From an uncultured virus (IMG/VR IMGVR_UViG_3300031867_000039) (Duplodnaviria; Heunggongvirae; Uroviricota; Caudoviricetes; Schitoviridae), in IMG/VR virus record IMGVR_UViG_3300031867_000039: 20,000 nucleotides of DNA; one strand, written 5' to 3'. A program made the translations under genes and the position numbers. Numbering within the stretch: the stretch's first letter is position 1; every line of letters begins with the position of its first letter. Below are positions 9,182 through 18,012 of this stretch, one piece after another. The notes under the pieces are model-generated. The model was not told the DNA's origin. It ran no database searches and saw nothing but the letters and a program-made list of their open reading frames with translations.

Positions 9182-10397
9182 AGATTACTTTTCCTACATA
9201 ATCAAAGTTTGGATTATCAATAATAACCCAGATTATATCATCTCTAGGTGGTTTTGCATCTTCCCAAAACATACCATCAGTGAAGGTAAATACAAGGTCA
9301 GTATCCTCACAATCCTTAAATACAGGTTTGATGTCAGTACCACCTCTACCCTCTATAGGAAGTTCCGAAGGGAACTCATCTTCTCTGTAGATCTCAATAG
9401 GTGTATGTAATCTAGTATCAAAAGGAATAACTTTAATTAGCTCTGGATTAAGGATATCCCTAATACCACTTATTTCAGCTAAATACTCTGTTATTTCCTC
9501 AGAAGATACTGAACCAGATACATCAATATAGATTTTTACAGATTGATTACATGCATTCTTAGATAATCTACCTGGAAGATATACACTTGGATAATGCTTA
9601 TTACGATGAGTAAAAGAATAACCCTCTCTTACTAATTGACATAGATAATCCTGTAAGTGAGATTTCCAATCTATCTTTGGTTCAAGAATGTTTTTAATTA
9701 ATTCCTTAATTTCAGCACAACTTAAACCAGCAGCAGATTTCTCTCCAACCATTCTAGCAGTTTCAACAGCTCTAATAATGGTTTGTTGGATTTGTTCTTT
9801 ACCATCATTACCACCTGGAGTCTGTCTAACATCTTTACCAAAGATATCTTTCAAACCATTTGAACCATCAGAATTACCTTGTTGGTTCTGATCTTGGTTT
9901 CCATTACCACCATTACTATTTGAATCACCTTGGCATTGTTTACAGTTACCTTGTTGTGGTTGGTTCTTACCTTGTTTCTTACATTTCTTCATCAGAATGT
10001 CATAGACTTGTTCTGTAGTCATACCTGCATATTTCTGGTCAATTAAACCATCAGCAGGCATCTTACCTAAATCAGAACTCTTCTTTAATTCTGCATTAAT
10101 AACGTAATCACCTGCAATATTCCATAAGTCTGGATCTCTATCACCCAGTCTTACAGTATGCATGAGAGCTACATGCATAGTCTCATGTGCAAGTAAGAAT
10201 ACCCTTTCATCTTTAGATAACTTACTAAAGAACTCTTTATTAATTAATATATGTTTACCATCAGTACAAGCTGTATCAATTTCATCACTATACTGAGTTT
10301 CCATAGAATAAAAAATGGTGCTTAGAAAAGCACCACCCTTTAATGTAAAATTAATCTTAGCTTGTACTAATATCTTATCAGATGTTTTCTGCGACAT
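9153..10397 (-). CDS. Metallopeptidase-like/VWA domain protein (DUF2201-like, N4 gp25-like)
   Basis: TACTDG, HETMH (HExxH), WNIAGDYVIN, a Q/N/G-rich linker, MIDAS DVSGS, GRGGT and FTDG. Confidence 0.85.
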   Translation of the reverse strand: MSQKTSDKILVQAKINFTLKGGAFLSTIFYSMETQYSDEIDTACTDGKHILINKEFFSKLSKDERVFLLAHETMHVALMHTVRLGDRDPDLWNIAGDYVINAELKKSSDLGKMPADGLIDQKYAGMTTEQVYDILMKKCKKQGKNQPQQGNCKQCQGDSNSNGGNGNQDQNQQGNSDGSNGLKDIFGKDVRQTPGGNDGKEQIQQTIIRAVETARMVGEKSAAGLSCAEIKELIKNILEPKIDWKSHLQDYLCQLVREGYSFTHRNKHYPSVYLPGRLSKNACNQSVKIYIDVSGSVSSEEITEYLAEISGIRDILNPELIKVIPFDTRLHTPIEIYREDEFPSELPIEGRGGTDIKPVFKDCEDTDLVFTFTDGMFWEDAKPPRDDIIWVIIDNPNFDYVGKVIYADRATKKC

Positions 10398-11406
10398 ATT
10401 TACCTGCCTCTATACAAACACCACTGCATAATCTTAACTCATTAGCTTTAGGACCTGTTAAAGCCATTCTAAACAATACAGTTAATAACTCAGGTGGTAA
10501 ACCTTTGCTATATGTAATGATAGGCTGCCAATTATTCTTATCCATTCTATGAGCCAACAATGCAGTCATGTAATAACATTCACCTGTTGTTTGAGGTACT
10601 CTAGTACCTGTAGGATCTTTAATGATTTCTTCAAACTTAGGTAACTTAGCACCTAATTGCTGGAAAGCATTAAATTCAATAGCTGGACCTTGACCAACAG
10701 TACCTGCCATAACCTTAAATAAACCATCAAGATTAGGTGTATCTTTGATAATGTCACTAAGCATATGCCATGTTCTAGGACATGGATAAGTAACATCAGT
10801 ACTATTAGTATCAAACTTCCAGAGTAAATCCTTTCTCTGCTGTAAGAAACCTATAATTCTATAATCAATTTCATTCTTATAAGCCCAGTTCATCCATTGA
10901 TCTATATCTGGTTCAATAAATAAATGAATTAATCGTGACTGTAATGCACTAGATAGTTTATTAACAATAGCTTTATCTGTAGATAAATTACCTGCAGCTA
11001 CCATATAACAATTATCATTTAATACATTATTACCTACTTCTCTATCCAAAAGAATACGATATGCAGCAGCTTGTACATCTCTACCAGCACTATTTAATTC
11101 ATCAAAGAATAATAACCAACCATTATATCCCTCTGGTACTGGTTCACCCTGTAAAGGAAAGTATTTAAGTGGTTTATAATCACACTTAGATCCATCTAAG
11201 AAAGGAAATCCAAGTAATTCAGTTGGTTCTACCTGAGATAATCTAATATCAATTACCTTTAATTTATAGAAATTAGCTACTGCTTTCACAATATCAGATT
11301 TACCTATACCAGGTGAACCCTGTAAGAAAGGAACTCTCTTACCTTTCATAATAGCTATAATATTCTTAACTGCTTCATCTGTATTACTCATTAACTGTTC
11401 GTACAT
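10378..11406 (-). CDS. MoxR-like AAA+ ATPase (N4 gp24-like)
   Basis: GSPGIGKS, LFFDELN, AAGN and PCPRTW motifs. Paired with the VWA protein. Confidence 0.88.
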   Translation of the reverse strand: MYEQLMSNTDEAVKNIIAIMKGKRVPFLQGSPGIGKSDIVKAVANFYKLKVIDIRLSQVEPTELLGFPFLDGSKCDYKPLKYFPLQGEPVPEGYNGWLLFFDELNSAGRDVQAAAYRILLDREVGNNVLNDNCYMVAAGNLSTDKAIVNKLSSALQSRLIHLFIEPDIDQWMNWAYKNEIDYRIIGFLQQRKDLLWKFDTNSTDVTYPCPRTWHMLSDIIKDTPNLDGLFKVMAGTVGQGPAIEFNAFQQLGAKLPKFEEIIKDPTGTRVPQTTGECYYMTALLAHRMDKNNWQPIITYSKGLPPELLTVLFRMALTGPKANELRLCSGVCIEAGKYVAENI

Positions 11407-11413
11407 AATTAAC

Positions 11414-11656
11414 TTACTCCCAATAAGTTTCTATTTCTTCTAAAAATGTTAATTTAACTATGAAATTCTCTTTATTATATGAATTAATAATATTAGCTAA
11501 ATGACTATTACTAATCTCTCTAACTAAATTATTAATATTGATATTAGTATCTATCTTCTTATCTAATAAGAAATCTAAATCTAATACATATTCAATACTA
11601 TCTGATAATAATGCTATAGGATCTATAATATAAATATTATATTTATATAGTACCAT
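11414..11656 (-). CDS. Hypothetical protein
   Basis: 80 aa, very AT-rich. SD-like GAGGG upstream. Confidence 0.55.
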   Translation of the reverse strand: MVLYKYNIYIIDPIALLSDSIEYVLDLDFLLDKKIDTNININNLVREISNSHLANIINSYNKENFIVKLTFLEEIETYWE

Positions 11657-11697
11657 ATAAATACCCTCACCTTTTTCGTCCGCCAGCAGACGCTAGT

Positions 11698-11898
11698 CTA
11701 ATCCAAACTCTGAGAACTGTCAACAAAAATTGCAAAGGTTAGTAAATCTTGTGATGCACTTAACAACTCAACTTCTGCATTGTCATTTACATCAATCATT
11801 CCAAATTTACCTGCAACTACTAATGTATCCTTAGAGTCATAAACTTCTAACCATACATTTTCTTTATAATATTTCTCTTTAAATTCCTTATATAACAT
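11698..11898 (-). CDS. Hypothetical protein
   Basis: 66 aa; SD GAGG upstream. Confidence 0.65.
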   Translation of the reverse strand: MLYKEFKEKYYKENVWLEVYDSKDTLVVAGKFGMIDVNDNAEVELLSASQDLLTFAIFVDSSQSLD

Positions 11899-12032
11899 TT
11901 AAACCTCGTAGAACCACTCAAATACGCTCTCTGAGCACCATACTTTATATTTCCCATATAAACCCCTTACTTTCTATAAAATGCTTAAAAAACATAAAAA
12001 ATCTATGATAGGGCTGAAAGCCCCTAAAAAAG

Positions 12033-12060
12033 AAAAAAAGAGTGGCATTACACCACTCTC
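12033..12060 (-). terminator. Intrinsic terminator
   Basis: GAGTGG-loop-CCACTC stem with a minus-strand T-run, just after the stop at 12068. Confidence 0.7.
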
Positions 12061-12067
12061 CATAAAA

Positions 12068-12577
12068 TTAATACTGATCCATATTTACAAATCTATTATA
12101 TATTGTAACCTCCCTTTTAGTTGGTTCCATACTAGATTCCAACTCTCTCCATGTTTCAGGTAATGGATCTGTTTCATAGTCAACAATACCCTCACTATCT
12201 CTTACCGTAATATGAGATACTTCAGGTAGACCATTTTCATCAAATAACCTGAGCCAACCATACAATGTAACAGTTACAGACTTTTTACCAAAATTACAAT
12301 GAACATCTTTCAACTTAATATATGTTATTGGTTCATCTCTAACCAGCTCTTCATAAGAACTAATTAAACTATTAACCAAACTATACAATAAGTCTAAGTC
12401 CTTATAATCGGTAACCCAGGATTTCATGGTATCCTCTCCTAAGATACATTTACCATTACCTAAATCCTTAAAATAAGTACCTAAGTTTTCACATCCCTCA
12501 ACATAAGGAACAGTGATATACATACAGTACCAATCCCTAATAGGTTTAACTTCTACTTCATATCCTTTACACCTCAT
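12068..12577 (-). CDS. Hypothetical protein
   Basis: 169 aa; SD GGAG upstream; followed by a terminator. Confidence 0.7.
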   Translation of the reverse strand: MRCKGYEVEVKPIRDWYCMYITVPYVEGCENLGTYFKDLGNGKCILGEDTMKSWVTDYKDLDLLYSLVNSLISSYEELVRDEPITYIKLKDVHCNFGKKSVTVTLYGWLRLFDENGLPEVSHITVRDSEGIVDYETDPLPETWRELESSMEPTKREVTIYNRFVNMDQY

Positions 12578-12692
12578 AATCGAAAATCTCCAACAATTCT
12601 TCTCTTGAATAAATCCCTAAATGTATATTATTTCTAAATACATCATAATATGCTGTACCTGCAAAGTACTTCTTAAATTTAACTGATAGCAT
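12567..12692 (-). CDS. 41-aa hypothetical protein (below the ORF-track cutoff)
   Basis: MLSVKFKKYFAGTAYYDVFRNNIHLGIYSREELLEIFDYEV*. Fills the gap and overlaps both neighbours; AAGGGA upstream. Confidence 0.55.
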   Translation of the reverse strand: MLSVKFKKYFAGTAYYDVFRNNIHLGIYSREELLEIFDYEV

Positions 12693-13902
12693 ATCTATTA
12701 TCCCTTATAGCATCAAATATCTGCTGGTTATATGGACCTACATGTTGCCAAATAGCATTGTCTTTTCTGTAATCACAAATGATTGTAGGTAACAATATAC
12801 TTGCATATAACTCTGCAAGAATATCGTTATATACCTGTTTCATTACATTTACATGACTAGGTAAACACATAAATTCATCATGAATACTCATAACTTCAAA
12901 TGGTTCACCATAAAGATTACTTAATACATTGTATAAAGTATCCAAATAATCTTTAGATACATTTCCAACATAACCAGTCTGTAAATACTCAATAGCTTGC
13001 CAGCTATAGAAGTTATACTTCCTAGCTAACTGTTCAAGTCTCTCTAATCTTGGATTAGTTCCAACTTTAGGATATTTTAACGTATTTAAAGCTATATAAT
13101 ATTTATCTTCGTCATAGTTACATCTTCTATGTAATTCACGTAAAATAAATCCATCAATACTATGTGTTACATTAGCACTTAGAGCTTTAGTCTTATCTTC
13201 ACCTTTTTCTTTAGGTGCTAGAACTTCTTCTACATAAGTATAGGATGTATTACCTATCTGATACCTGAATGGCATCACCTTTGTACTTAAAGTTCTAGCT
13301 TGAAAACCATCAGGTAAAGTATGTTCATAAATAACTACATCATTTCTCCATGCATCAATTAATGCGTTATTTACTACAACTACACCTTTGGCTTTCTTAA
13401 AGAAGGCTTTCTGAAACCATTTGTAATAGTCACCAAATACAGCTCTTGGTGTAGCAATAGATCCATATACATATGGTACAGTTGCTTTCTTTACTTGGTC
13501 TCTAGTTAAAGATACTGGTACATACAGTTGCATCTCATCTTGGATTTCCTTATACAAATTAGGAACTTTCTCACTGATAGCACCTGTAGTAACCATTCCA
13601 TCTAAATCTCTAATACCTGTACAATCTATCTGAGGACCTGATGAACTTACATCAATACCTATAGGTATATTAGTATATTTAGTTGTAAGAACATCATTCA
13701 TTGATAACAATGCTCTTACAAACATATCTGGTTCATCAGCCTCTTCAACATATTTCTTTACCACTGCTTCAAGACTTGTACTCTTTAATTCTTCTTTTAA
13801 AGAATTACCAAATTCAAGTCTCTTCTCGAAGGTTTCTTTATCCATTCCATATTTGGATGCTATATCAATAGCAATCCATTCAATAGCTTTAAACTTTTCC
13901 AT
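12679..13902 (-). CDS. RNA polymerase II subunit 2 (N4 gp16-like, T7-family catalytic part)
   Basis: GIDVSSSGPQ (motif A), RDQVKKATVPYVYGS (motif B), ANVTHSIDG, and SIHDEF (motif C). Confidence 0.9.
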   Translation of the reverse strand: MEKFKAIEWIAIDIASKYGMDKETFEKRLEFGNSLKEELKSTSLEAVVKKYVEEADEPDMFVRALLSMNDVLTTKYTNIPIGIDVSSSGPQIDCTGIRDLDGMVTTGAISEKVPNLYKEIQDEMQLYVPVSLTRDQVKKATVPYVYGSIATPRAVFGDYYKWFQKAFFKKAKGVVVVNNALIDAWRNDVVIYEHTLPDGFQARTLSTKVMPFRYQIGNTSYTYVEEVLAPKEKGEDKTKALSANVTHSIDGFILRELHRRCNYDEDKYYIALNTLKYPKVGTNPRLERLEQLARKYNFYSWQAIEYLQTGYVGNVSKDYLDTLYNVLSNLYGEPFEVMSIHDEFMCLPSHVNVMKQVYNDILAELYASILLPTIICDYRKDNAIWQHVGPYNQQIFDAIRDNRYAIS

Positions 13903-13907
13903 AAGTG

Positions 13908-14771
13908 TTATTCCTCTTTTATAATTTCACCTAAATTAAATACAATGGATGCTTTTACAGGCTTAATACCTTGATAATTACATTCATATGCTTTACAATA
14001 AGTTCTACCTCGTTTATCAAATTTGTGAGCTAACCAAAAAGGTCTATCCTTAAATAGCTCTCTTCTCGTGGTGATTGCATCTTTTAGCAGATTGAATGAC
14101 TTTCTCCTCTCTTCTTTCTCTTCTGCCGTTTCAATGTGATCACCACGTACCTTATCTCTTTCATCAAATCTAAATCCTATTAATTCTGATACTCTTGGAT
14201 CATATCTAAAAGCTACAGAATTAACTCGATTTATGTGACTAAGACATAAGTCACCCTCAAGTGGATTAAGTTTAGAACCACATAAGATACGTTCATTAAA
14301 TTCCTCATATCCTATATTGTATTTAGTAACCGCTTTCAGCGGTTTATATGAAGGAACTAAATATCCAACTTTACTAATATCAATATTTAAAGGATATAGT
14401 AATTTAATAAACCATTGATCATTAAGGGTTCTATTACATTTAAATAAACCACTCTCTAATAAAGTTTGGATATAGAAATTAATAGCCATACCTGTTCTAT
14501 GTGCAGTAGAACATGTTAATGCTGGTTTAAGGATAGCAGTCCATTCCTGAATTACTATCTCTGGTTTAAATAAAAATAAAGCAAAGCATTTCTGAGTATG
14601 TTTGATTACATCAAACTTCATATATACTTCTTTAATTTCATTAATCCATTCTTTATCACCATATTCATTAACTTTACTTTCTATTGAACGATAAATAAAA
14701 TTAATAAACTGATCATTAAACTCTACTCTTTTATATTGAAGTTCAGTAGTATATCTATCAATATTGTTCAT
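13908..14771 (-). CDS. RNA polymerase II subunit 1 (N4 gp15-like)
   Basis: C-terminal HKFDKRGRTY...NYQG (DxxGR motif). Directly upstream of subunit 2. Confidence 0.85.
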   Translation of the reverse strand: MNNIDRYTTELQYKRVEFNDQFINFIYRSIESKVNEYGDKEWINEIKEVYMKFDVIKHTQKCFALFLFKPEIVIQEWTAILKPALTCSTAHRTGMAINFYIQTLLESGLFKCNRTLNDQWFIKLLYPLNIDISKVGYLVPSYKPLKAVTKYNIGYEEFNERILCGSKLNPLEGDLCLSHINRVNSVAFRYDPRVSELIGFRFDERDKVRGDHIETAEEKEERRKSFNLLKDAITTRRELFKDRPFWLAHKFDKRGRTYCKAYECNYQGIKPVKASIVFNLGEIIKEE

Positions 14772-14790
14772 TACTTTATATCCTTAAAAT

Positions 14791-14820
14791 AAAAAAACCC
14801 GTATAAACAAGTTATACGGG
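14791..14820 (-). terminator. Intrinsic terminator directly upstream of the RNAP1 gene
   Basis: CCCGTATA-loop-TATACGGG stem with T7 on the minus strand. Confidence 0.75.
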
Positions 14821-14842
14821 ATGCCGAAGGGCATTGGTAAAA

Positions 14843-14953
14843 TTATTCTTTCAGCAAATTAACAATAAAATCAACCAACGCTTCCAGAAGTTTCTTGGCC
14901 TCTGCTCTGAATTTTAATAAAAAGATAATTAATAAAATGATTATAGCTACCAT
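14843..14953 (-). CDS. 36-aa membrane peptide (paralog of 19373..19486)
   Basis: MVAIIILLIIFLLKFRAEAKKLLEALVDFIVNLLKE*. SD GAGGGAG lies in the end of the upstream gene. Confidence 0.7.
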   Translation of the reverse strand: MVAIIILLIIFLLKFRAEAKKLLEALVDFIVNLLKE

Positions 14954-14955
14954 AA

Positions 14956-15213
14956 TTATTGTGCTCCCTCTTTAAATGCAATCATTACAAGTTTAATTTC
15001 ATTAAGACTTAAATTCTCCATATTCAAGTCATAATGATTTAAAAACTTGTTAAAATCATTTAACAATCCATCATCTGTAGCGATGAAGTCAAATTCATTC
15101 TTAACAAATGTTTCACCATCCCATATTGGTTTAACACTTGTTATTAATAAATTACAACCTAACTGAATTGTAAATACCCCTTTGTCTTTAATCTCAAAGA
15201 ATCGTTTAATCAC
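14956..15213 (-). CDS. Hypothetical protein
   Basis: 85 aa; GTG start with a purine-rich SD. Confidence 0.65.
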   Translation of the reverse strand: MIKRFFEIKDKGVFTIQLGCNLLITSVKPIWDGETFVKNEFDFIATDDGLLNDFNKFLNHYDLNMENLSLNEIKLVMIAFKEGAQ

Positions 15214-15236
15214 TGCTGTACTCTCTATTCAAACTT

Positions 15237-15265
15237 AAAAAAGCTACAGATTTCTCCGTAGCTTT
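15237..15265 (-). terminator. Intrinsic terminator
   Basis: AAGCTAC-loop-GTAGCTT stem with a minus-strand T-run. Confidence 0.7.
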
Positions 15266-15290
15266 GATTCCCACATGACAAAGTTAATCG

Positions 15291-15728
15291 TTATGCTTTA
15301 GGCAAGTTGTCTTTGTTAAAGTTCCACTGATAACCCCTTTGCTGTGCAACCGGAGCTTGCTGTACTTGCTGAACATTCTGCGGTGCATAAGGTGCTACAG
15401 TTTGCTGTTGAGCAAGCACTGTATTAGCTTTATCTGCTTGTGCTTTTGCATCAGCTGCCGCAATAATAGCGGCAAATGTAGCGTTATCTTCACTTGCCTT
15501 TTCCTTGTATTGTACGCCCAGACGTACAACATCTGGATTATCAATACAAGCTGATAAGAAAGCCTCAGTATGCGTATTGTAACCAGGTACCATAAGACTG
15601 CACTGCAATACTTTACGCTCCCCTGTTGCACAATCTTCAATGAACAACTGAATGTTGTTGATGAATTTGTTGTTAGAGTTAGTAGAAGTTGCAATGTTAC
15701 CGTTTTGATTCATAAAATTATTAGCCAT
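15291..15728 (-). CDS. Probable N4 gp2/Drc-like ssDNA-binding transcription cofactor
   Basis: Start reassigned to ATG at 15728 (SD GGAG at 15738-15741). Asn-rich N-terminus and an IQLFIE..GERKVL..L beta core resemble gp2-like proteins as I recall them. Early location near the RNAPII genes; Q/A-rich tail. Confidence 0.45.
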   Translation of the reverse strand: MANNFMNQNGNIATSTNSNNKFINNIQLFIEDCATGERKVLQCSLMVPGYNTHTEAFLSACIDNPDVVRLGVQYKEKASEDNATFAAIIAAADAKAQADKANTVLAQQQTVAPYAPQNVQQVQQAPVAQQRGYQWNFNKDNLPKA

Positions 15729-15790
15729 AGCTAAAATCTCCATATATAAAGTAAAAGTAAAAGTCAAAATACTGCCACAAAAGCAGTATT

Positions 15791-15815
15791 ACCACTATCT
15801 ATAAATAATGAAAAC
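15791..15815 (-). promoter_or_regulatory. Conserved early-gene motif, copy 9 (putative phage promoter)
   Basis: + strand ACCACTATCTATAAATAATGAAAAC. Confidence 0.7.
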
Positions 15816-15857
15816 AAAAAAAGTAAAAGGACACCCGAAGGGTGTAAGGGTGTCCCG

Positions 15858-15884
15858 AAAAGACAGTCTCTAAATAATGAGAAC
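15858..15884 (-). promoter_or_regulatory. Degenerate copy of the early-gene motif
   Basis: + strand AAAAGACAGTCTCTAAATAATGAGAAC. Confidence 0.45.
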
Positions 15885-15895
15885 GTGAGAAATAT

Positions 15896-15930
15896 AAAGA
15901 CATACGGATACCTCCTCATACCCGTATGTC
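15896..15930 (-). terminator. Stem-loop/terminator after the NADAR gene
   Basis: GACATACGG...CCGTATGTC inverted repeat. Confidence 0.6.
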
Positions 15931-15935
15931 AAAGG

Positions 15936-16949
15936 TTATTTAGTGAACACTGCTTGCATCTTTGCTCTTAGATATTGTTCCTTATCCTCACCGATGTAAC
16001 CTCGGCATTTTGGATAATTCACAATAGATCTTGAACCAACGCATGCAGTCCTTGTAGCCAGCTTTGGTGTATCAGATGGTTGCCAACCACCTACCCAGTG
16101 ATACCATTCACCGTCATTGGTATTTAGGACATACACATCCTTACCCATGATGATACCGAGGTTCACTGCGGTAGCGGTTCCACCACCAACAACACCATTG
16201 GTTATGCTTGTTACAGCAAGCACTCTATCAGTCAAAGCAACTTGATAGAAGTTTCTTGCATGTAAACCTGCAGTAACCTGAGATGCAGTAGCAAAGAACT
16301 GTTGTGCTGGCTTACCGCTGATTGGTGCATTGAGCTTGCACATATACTCAACTGCGAACTGATGTTCATATGCAGATAAGTAATGATTAAGCCCGATGTT
16401 TTGCTCATATGCTCGCTGTGGATTTCCGTATCCACTTGGTCTTTTCTGACCATAAGCGATCATATGCTCGACAGTGATATTGCATGGAGTAGCATAAGCT
16501 CCCCACACACTGTCAGCACCGAGTGCACCACCACTGATAATGGTTGGATTATCTCGATAGAAGTTTCTCACATACATGAGTACTCTACCGAGCATATTCT
16601 CTCCAACACCATTACAGCGTCCCCAAAACTTGTCACCCCACTCATTATCCTCAACAAGTGGTGTATCACCTGTAGAGAATAATGCAAATCTGAGATGAGC
16701 AGGATAGAACTTGTTTACGATAATGTTAGCCATTATCTCAACCTTGTTCTGTTCCCAGTCATCTCTGAGGTGAACAGTTTTGCCGAGTCTCTTAGCCTCA
16801 ACTCCATTGAGGTTCACAAACTCAGCAGATCTTTCAGGACATTTCTGTGCCTGAAATGCTGCCTCAGCACATGTATAAACATATCCATTAAACTCAACTG
16901 GATATTGATACATGTTGCTGAGAAAAGCATAATTATCTCTGAACTTCAT
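15936..16949 (-). CDS. NADAR (YbiA-like) domain fused to a SLOG-like domain
   Basis: FLSNMY, EAAFQAQK, AKRLG, LVEDNEWGDKFWG and GENMLGRVLM (NADAR). C-terminal half has ISGGALGAD, ARN, GGGTATAV and VGSR (SLOG-like). SD GAGGAGG. Confidence 0.8.
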   Translation of the reverse strand: MKFRDNYAFLSNMYQYPVEFNGYVYTCAEAAFQAQKCPERSAEFVNLNGVEAKRLGKTVHLRDDWEQNKVEIMANIIVNKFYPAHLRFALFSTGDTPLVEDNEWGDKFWGRCNGVGENMLGRVLMYVRNFYRDNPTIISGGALGADSVWGAYATPCNITVEHMIAYGQKRPSGYGNPQRAYEQNIGLNHYLSAYEHQFAVEYMCKLNAPISGKPAQQFFATASQVTAGLHARNFYQVALTDRVLAVTSITNGVVGGGTATAVNLGIIMGKDVYVLNTNDGEWYHWVGGWQPSDTPKLATRTACVGSRSIVNYPKCRGYIGEDKEQYLRAKMQAVFTK

Positions 16950-17199
16950 AGTATTCCTCCTCGTCTATTGTGTTCACAAGATATAAGTCCAAACGTGTAA
17001 TATCACACTCTTTTGGATCAAGGTTATCAGTTTCAAGACAATAGTTGATTGCTTTGTCTTGATCAGCCATGGAAGTTATGGTTAACTTTCTGATGATTTT
17101 GCTGAAATAATGGTTATCTACATTGTAGATTAAACTCACATATGGAATACCATTAACATCAACACCATGATCCATATTTATGATTAACACTGTATGCAT
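16933..17199 (-). CDS. Small early hypothetical protein
   Basis: 88 aa; SD AGGAGG; preceded by the motif. Confidence 0.75.
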   Translation of the reverse strand: MHTVLIINMDHGVDVNGIPYVSLIYNVDNHYFSKIIRKLTITSMADQDKAINYCLETDNLDPKECDITRLDLYLVNTIDEEEYYEVQR

Positions 17200-17223
17200 A
17201 TTTGCCTCCTATATGCTTAACGT

Positions 17224-17252
17224 AAAAACCACAATCTATAAATAGTGAAAAC
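17224..17252 (-). promoter_or_regulatory. Conserved early-gene motif, copy 8
   Basis: AAAAACCACAATCTATAAATAGTGAAAAC. Confidence 0.75.
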
Positions 17253-17261
17253 TATGGAAAT

Positions 17262-17290
17262 AAAAAAAGCCACTGAATTAACAGTGACTT
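17262..17290 (-). terminator. Intrinsic terminator
   Basis: GCCACTG-loop-CAGTGAC stem plus T7 on the minus strand. Confidence 0.75.
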
Positions 17291-17310
17291 CGATAAATTG
17301 AAAATGACTA

Positions 17311-17559
17311 TTAAAGTTTAATCACTTTCTTAAATTGTGGTTTTGTGAAATGTACATCATCTCCGTAGAAATAACGTACACGTTCTCTTATCTTATTCAT
17401 CTCATCCATATGTTTATCTGGATCAAAGACAAATAAGAATGTATCAGTTGTATTTTCACGTACAACATATACCATATATTTGTTATATGGACTGCTGTCT
17501 TCATTGGTGATATCTACAATGATGCATTTTACAACGTAAGCATTGATTTCAATTTTCAT
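17311..17559 (-). CDS. Small early hypothetical protein
   Basis: 82 aa; SD GAGG; motif upstream and terminator downstream. Confidence 0.75.
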   Translation of the reverse strand: MKIEINAYVVKCIIVDITNEDSSPYNKYMVYVVRENTTDTFLFVFDPDKHMDEMNKIRERVRYFYGDDVHFTKPQFKKVIKL

Positions 17560-17582
17560 AGTTTTACCTCTTAGATTGAATT

Positions 17583-17612
17583 AAAAAACCACATTCTATA
17601 AATAATGAGAAC
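17583..17612 (-). promoter_or_regulatory. Conserved early-gene motif, copy 7
   Basis: AAAAAACCACATTCTATAAATAATGAGAAC. Confidence 0.75.
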
Positions 17613-17620
17613 ATGGGAAT

Positions 17621-17649
17621 AAAAAAAGCCTACCAAATTAATGGTAGGC
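17621..17649 (-). terminator. Intrinsic terminator
   Basis: GCCTACCA-loop-TGGTAGGC stem plus T7 on the minus strand. Confidence 0.8.
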
Positions 17650-17657
17650 ACAAAAAA

Positions 17658-17900
17658 TTAACGGTGACGATGAGTTGCCATTATCTCAAGCTCTCGATTC
17701 TGCTGATCGAATGCCTTTTGGATTTTGTTCATCTTCTTTTGTATGAAGATGACACCCTCTTCAACAGTCATGTTAGATCGAGCACAATCGTATTTAAACT
17801 TCTCAGGAAGTTTATCTACCTTTTCGAGCTTACCGTTAACAAAAATCTTAATGATAACATCTCCGTAAATGTACTTAACGATGTATTTAATACTATCCAT
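17658..17900 (-). CDS. Small early hypothetical protein
   Basis: 80 aa; SD AAGGAG. Confidence 0.75.
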   Translation of the reverse strand: MDSIKYIVKYIYGDVIIKIFVNGKLEKVDKLPEKFKYDCARSNMTVEEGVIFIQKKMNKIQKAFDQQNRELEIMATHRHR

Positions 17901-17925
17901 AATTTACTCCTTTATAGTATTAATT

Positions 17926-17955
17926 AAAAAACCACAATCTATAGATATTGAGAAC
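17926..17955 (-). promoter_or_regulatory. Conserved early-gene motif, copy 6
   Basis: AAAAAACCACAATCTATAGATATTGAGAAC. Confidence 0.75.
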
Positions 17956-17963
17956 ACATAAAT

Positions 17964-17992
17964 AAAAAAATAGCACCATGTTAGGTGCTATT
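17964..17992 (-). terminator. Intrinsic terminator
   Basis: ATAGCACC-loop-GGTGCTAT stem plus T-run. Confidence 0.8.
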
Positions 17993-18012
17993 CGATAATT
18001 ATGTTATAAGTT

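Noticed and set aside
9800..9990. Q/N/G-rich low-complexity stretch
   Set aside because: It is an ordinary linker in DUF2201/VWA proteins.
12679..14771. Two-gene T7-like RNA polymerase as a novelty
   Set aside because: A heterodimeric RNAPII is the established hallmark of N4-like phages.
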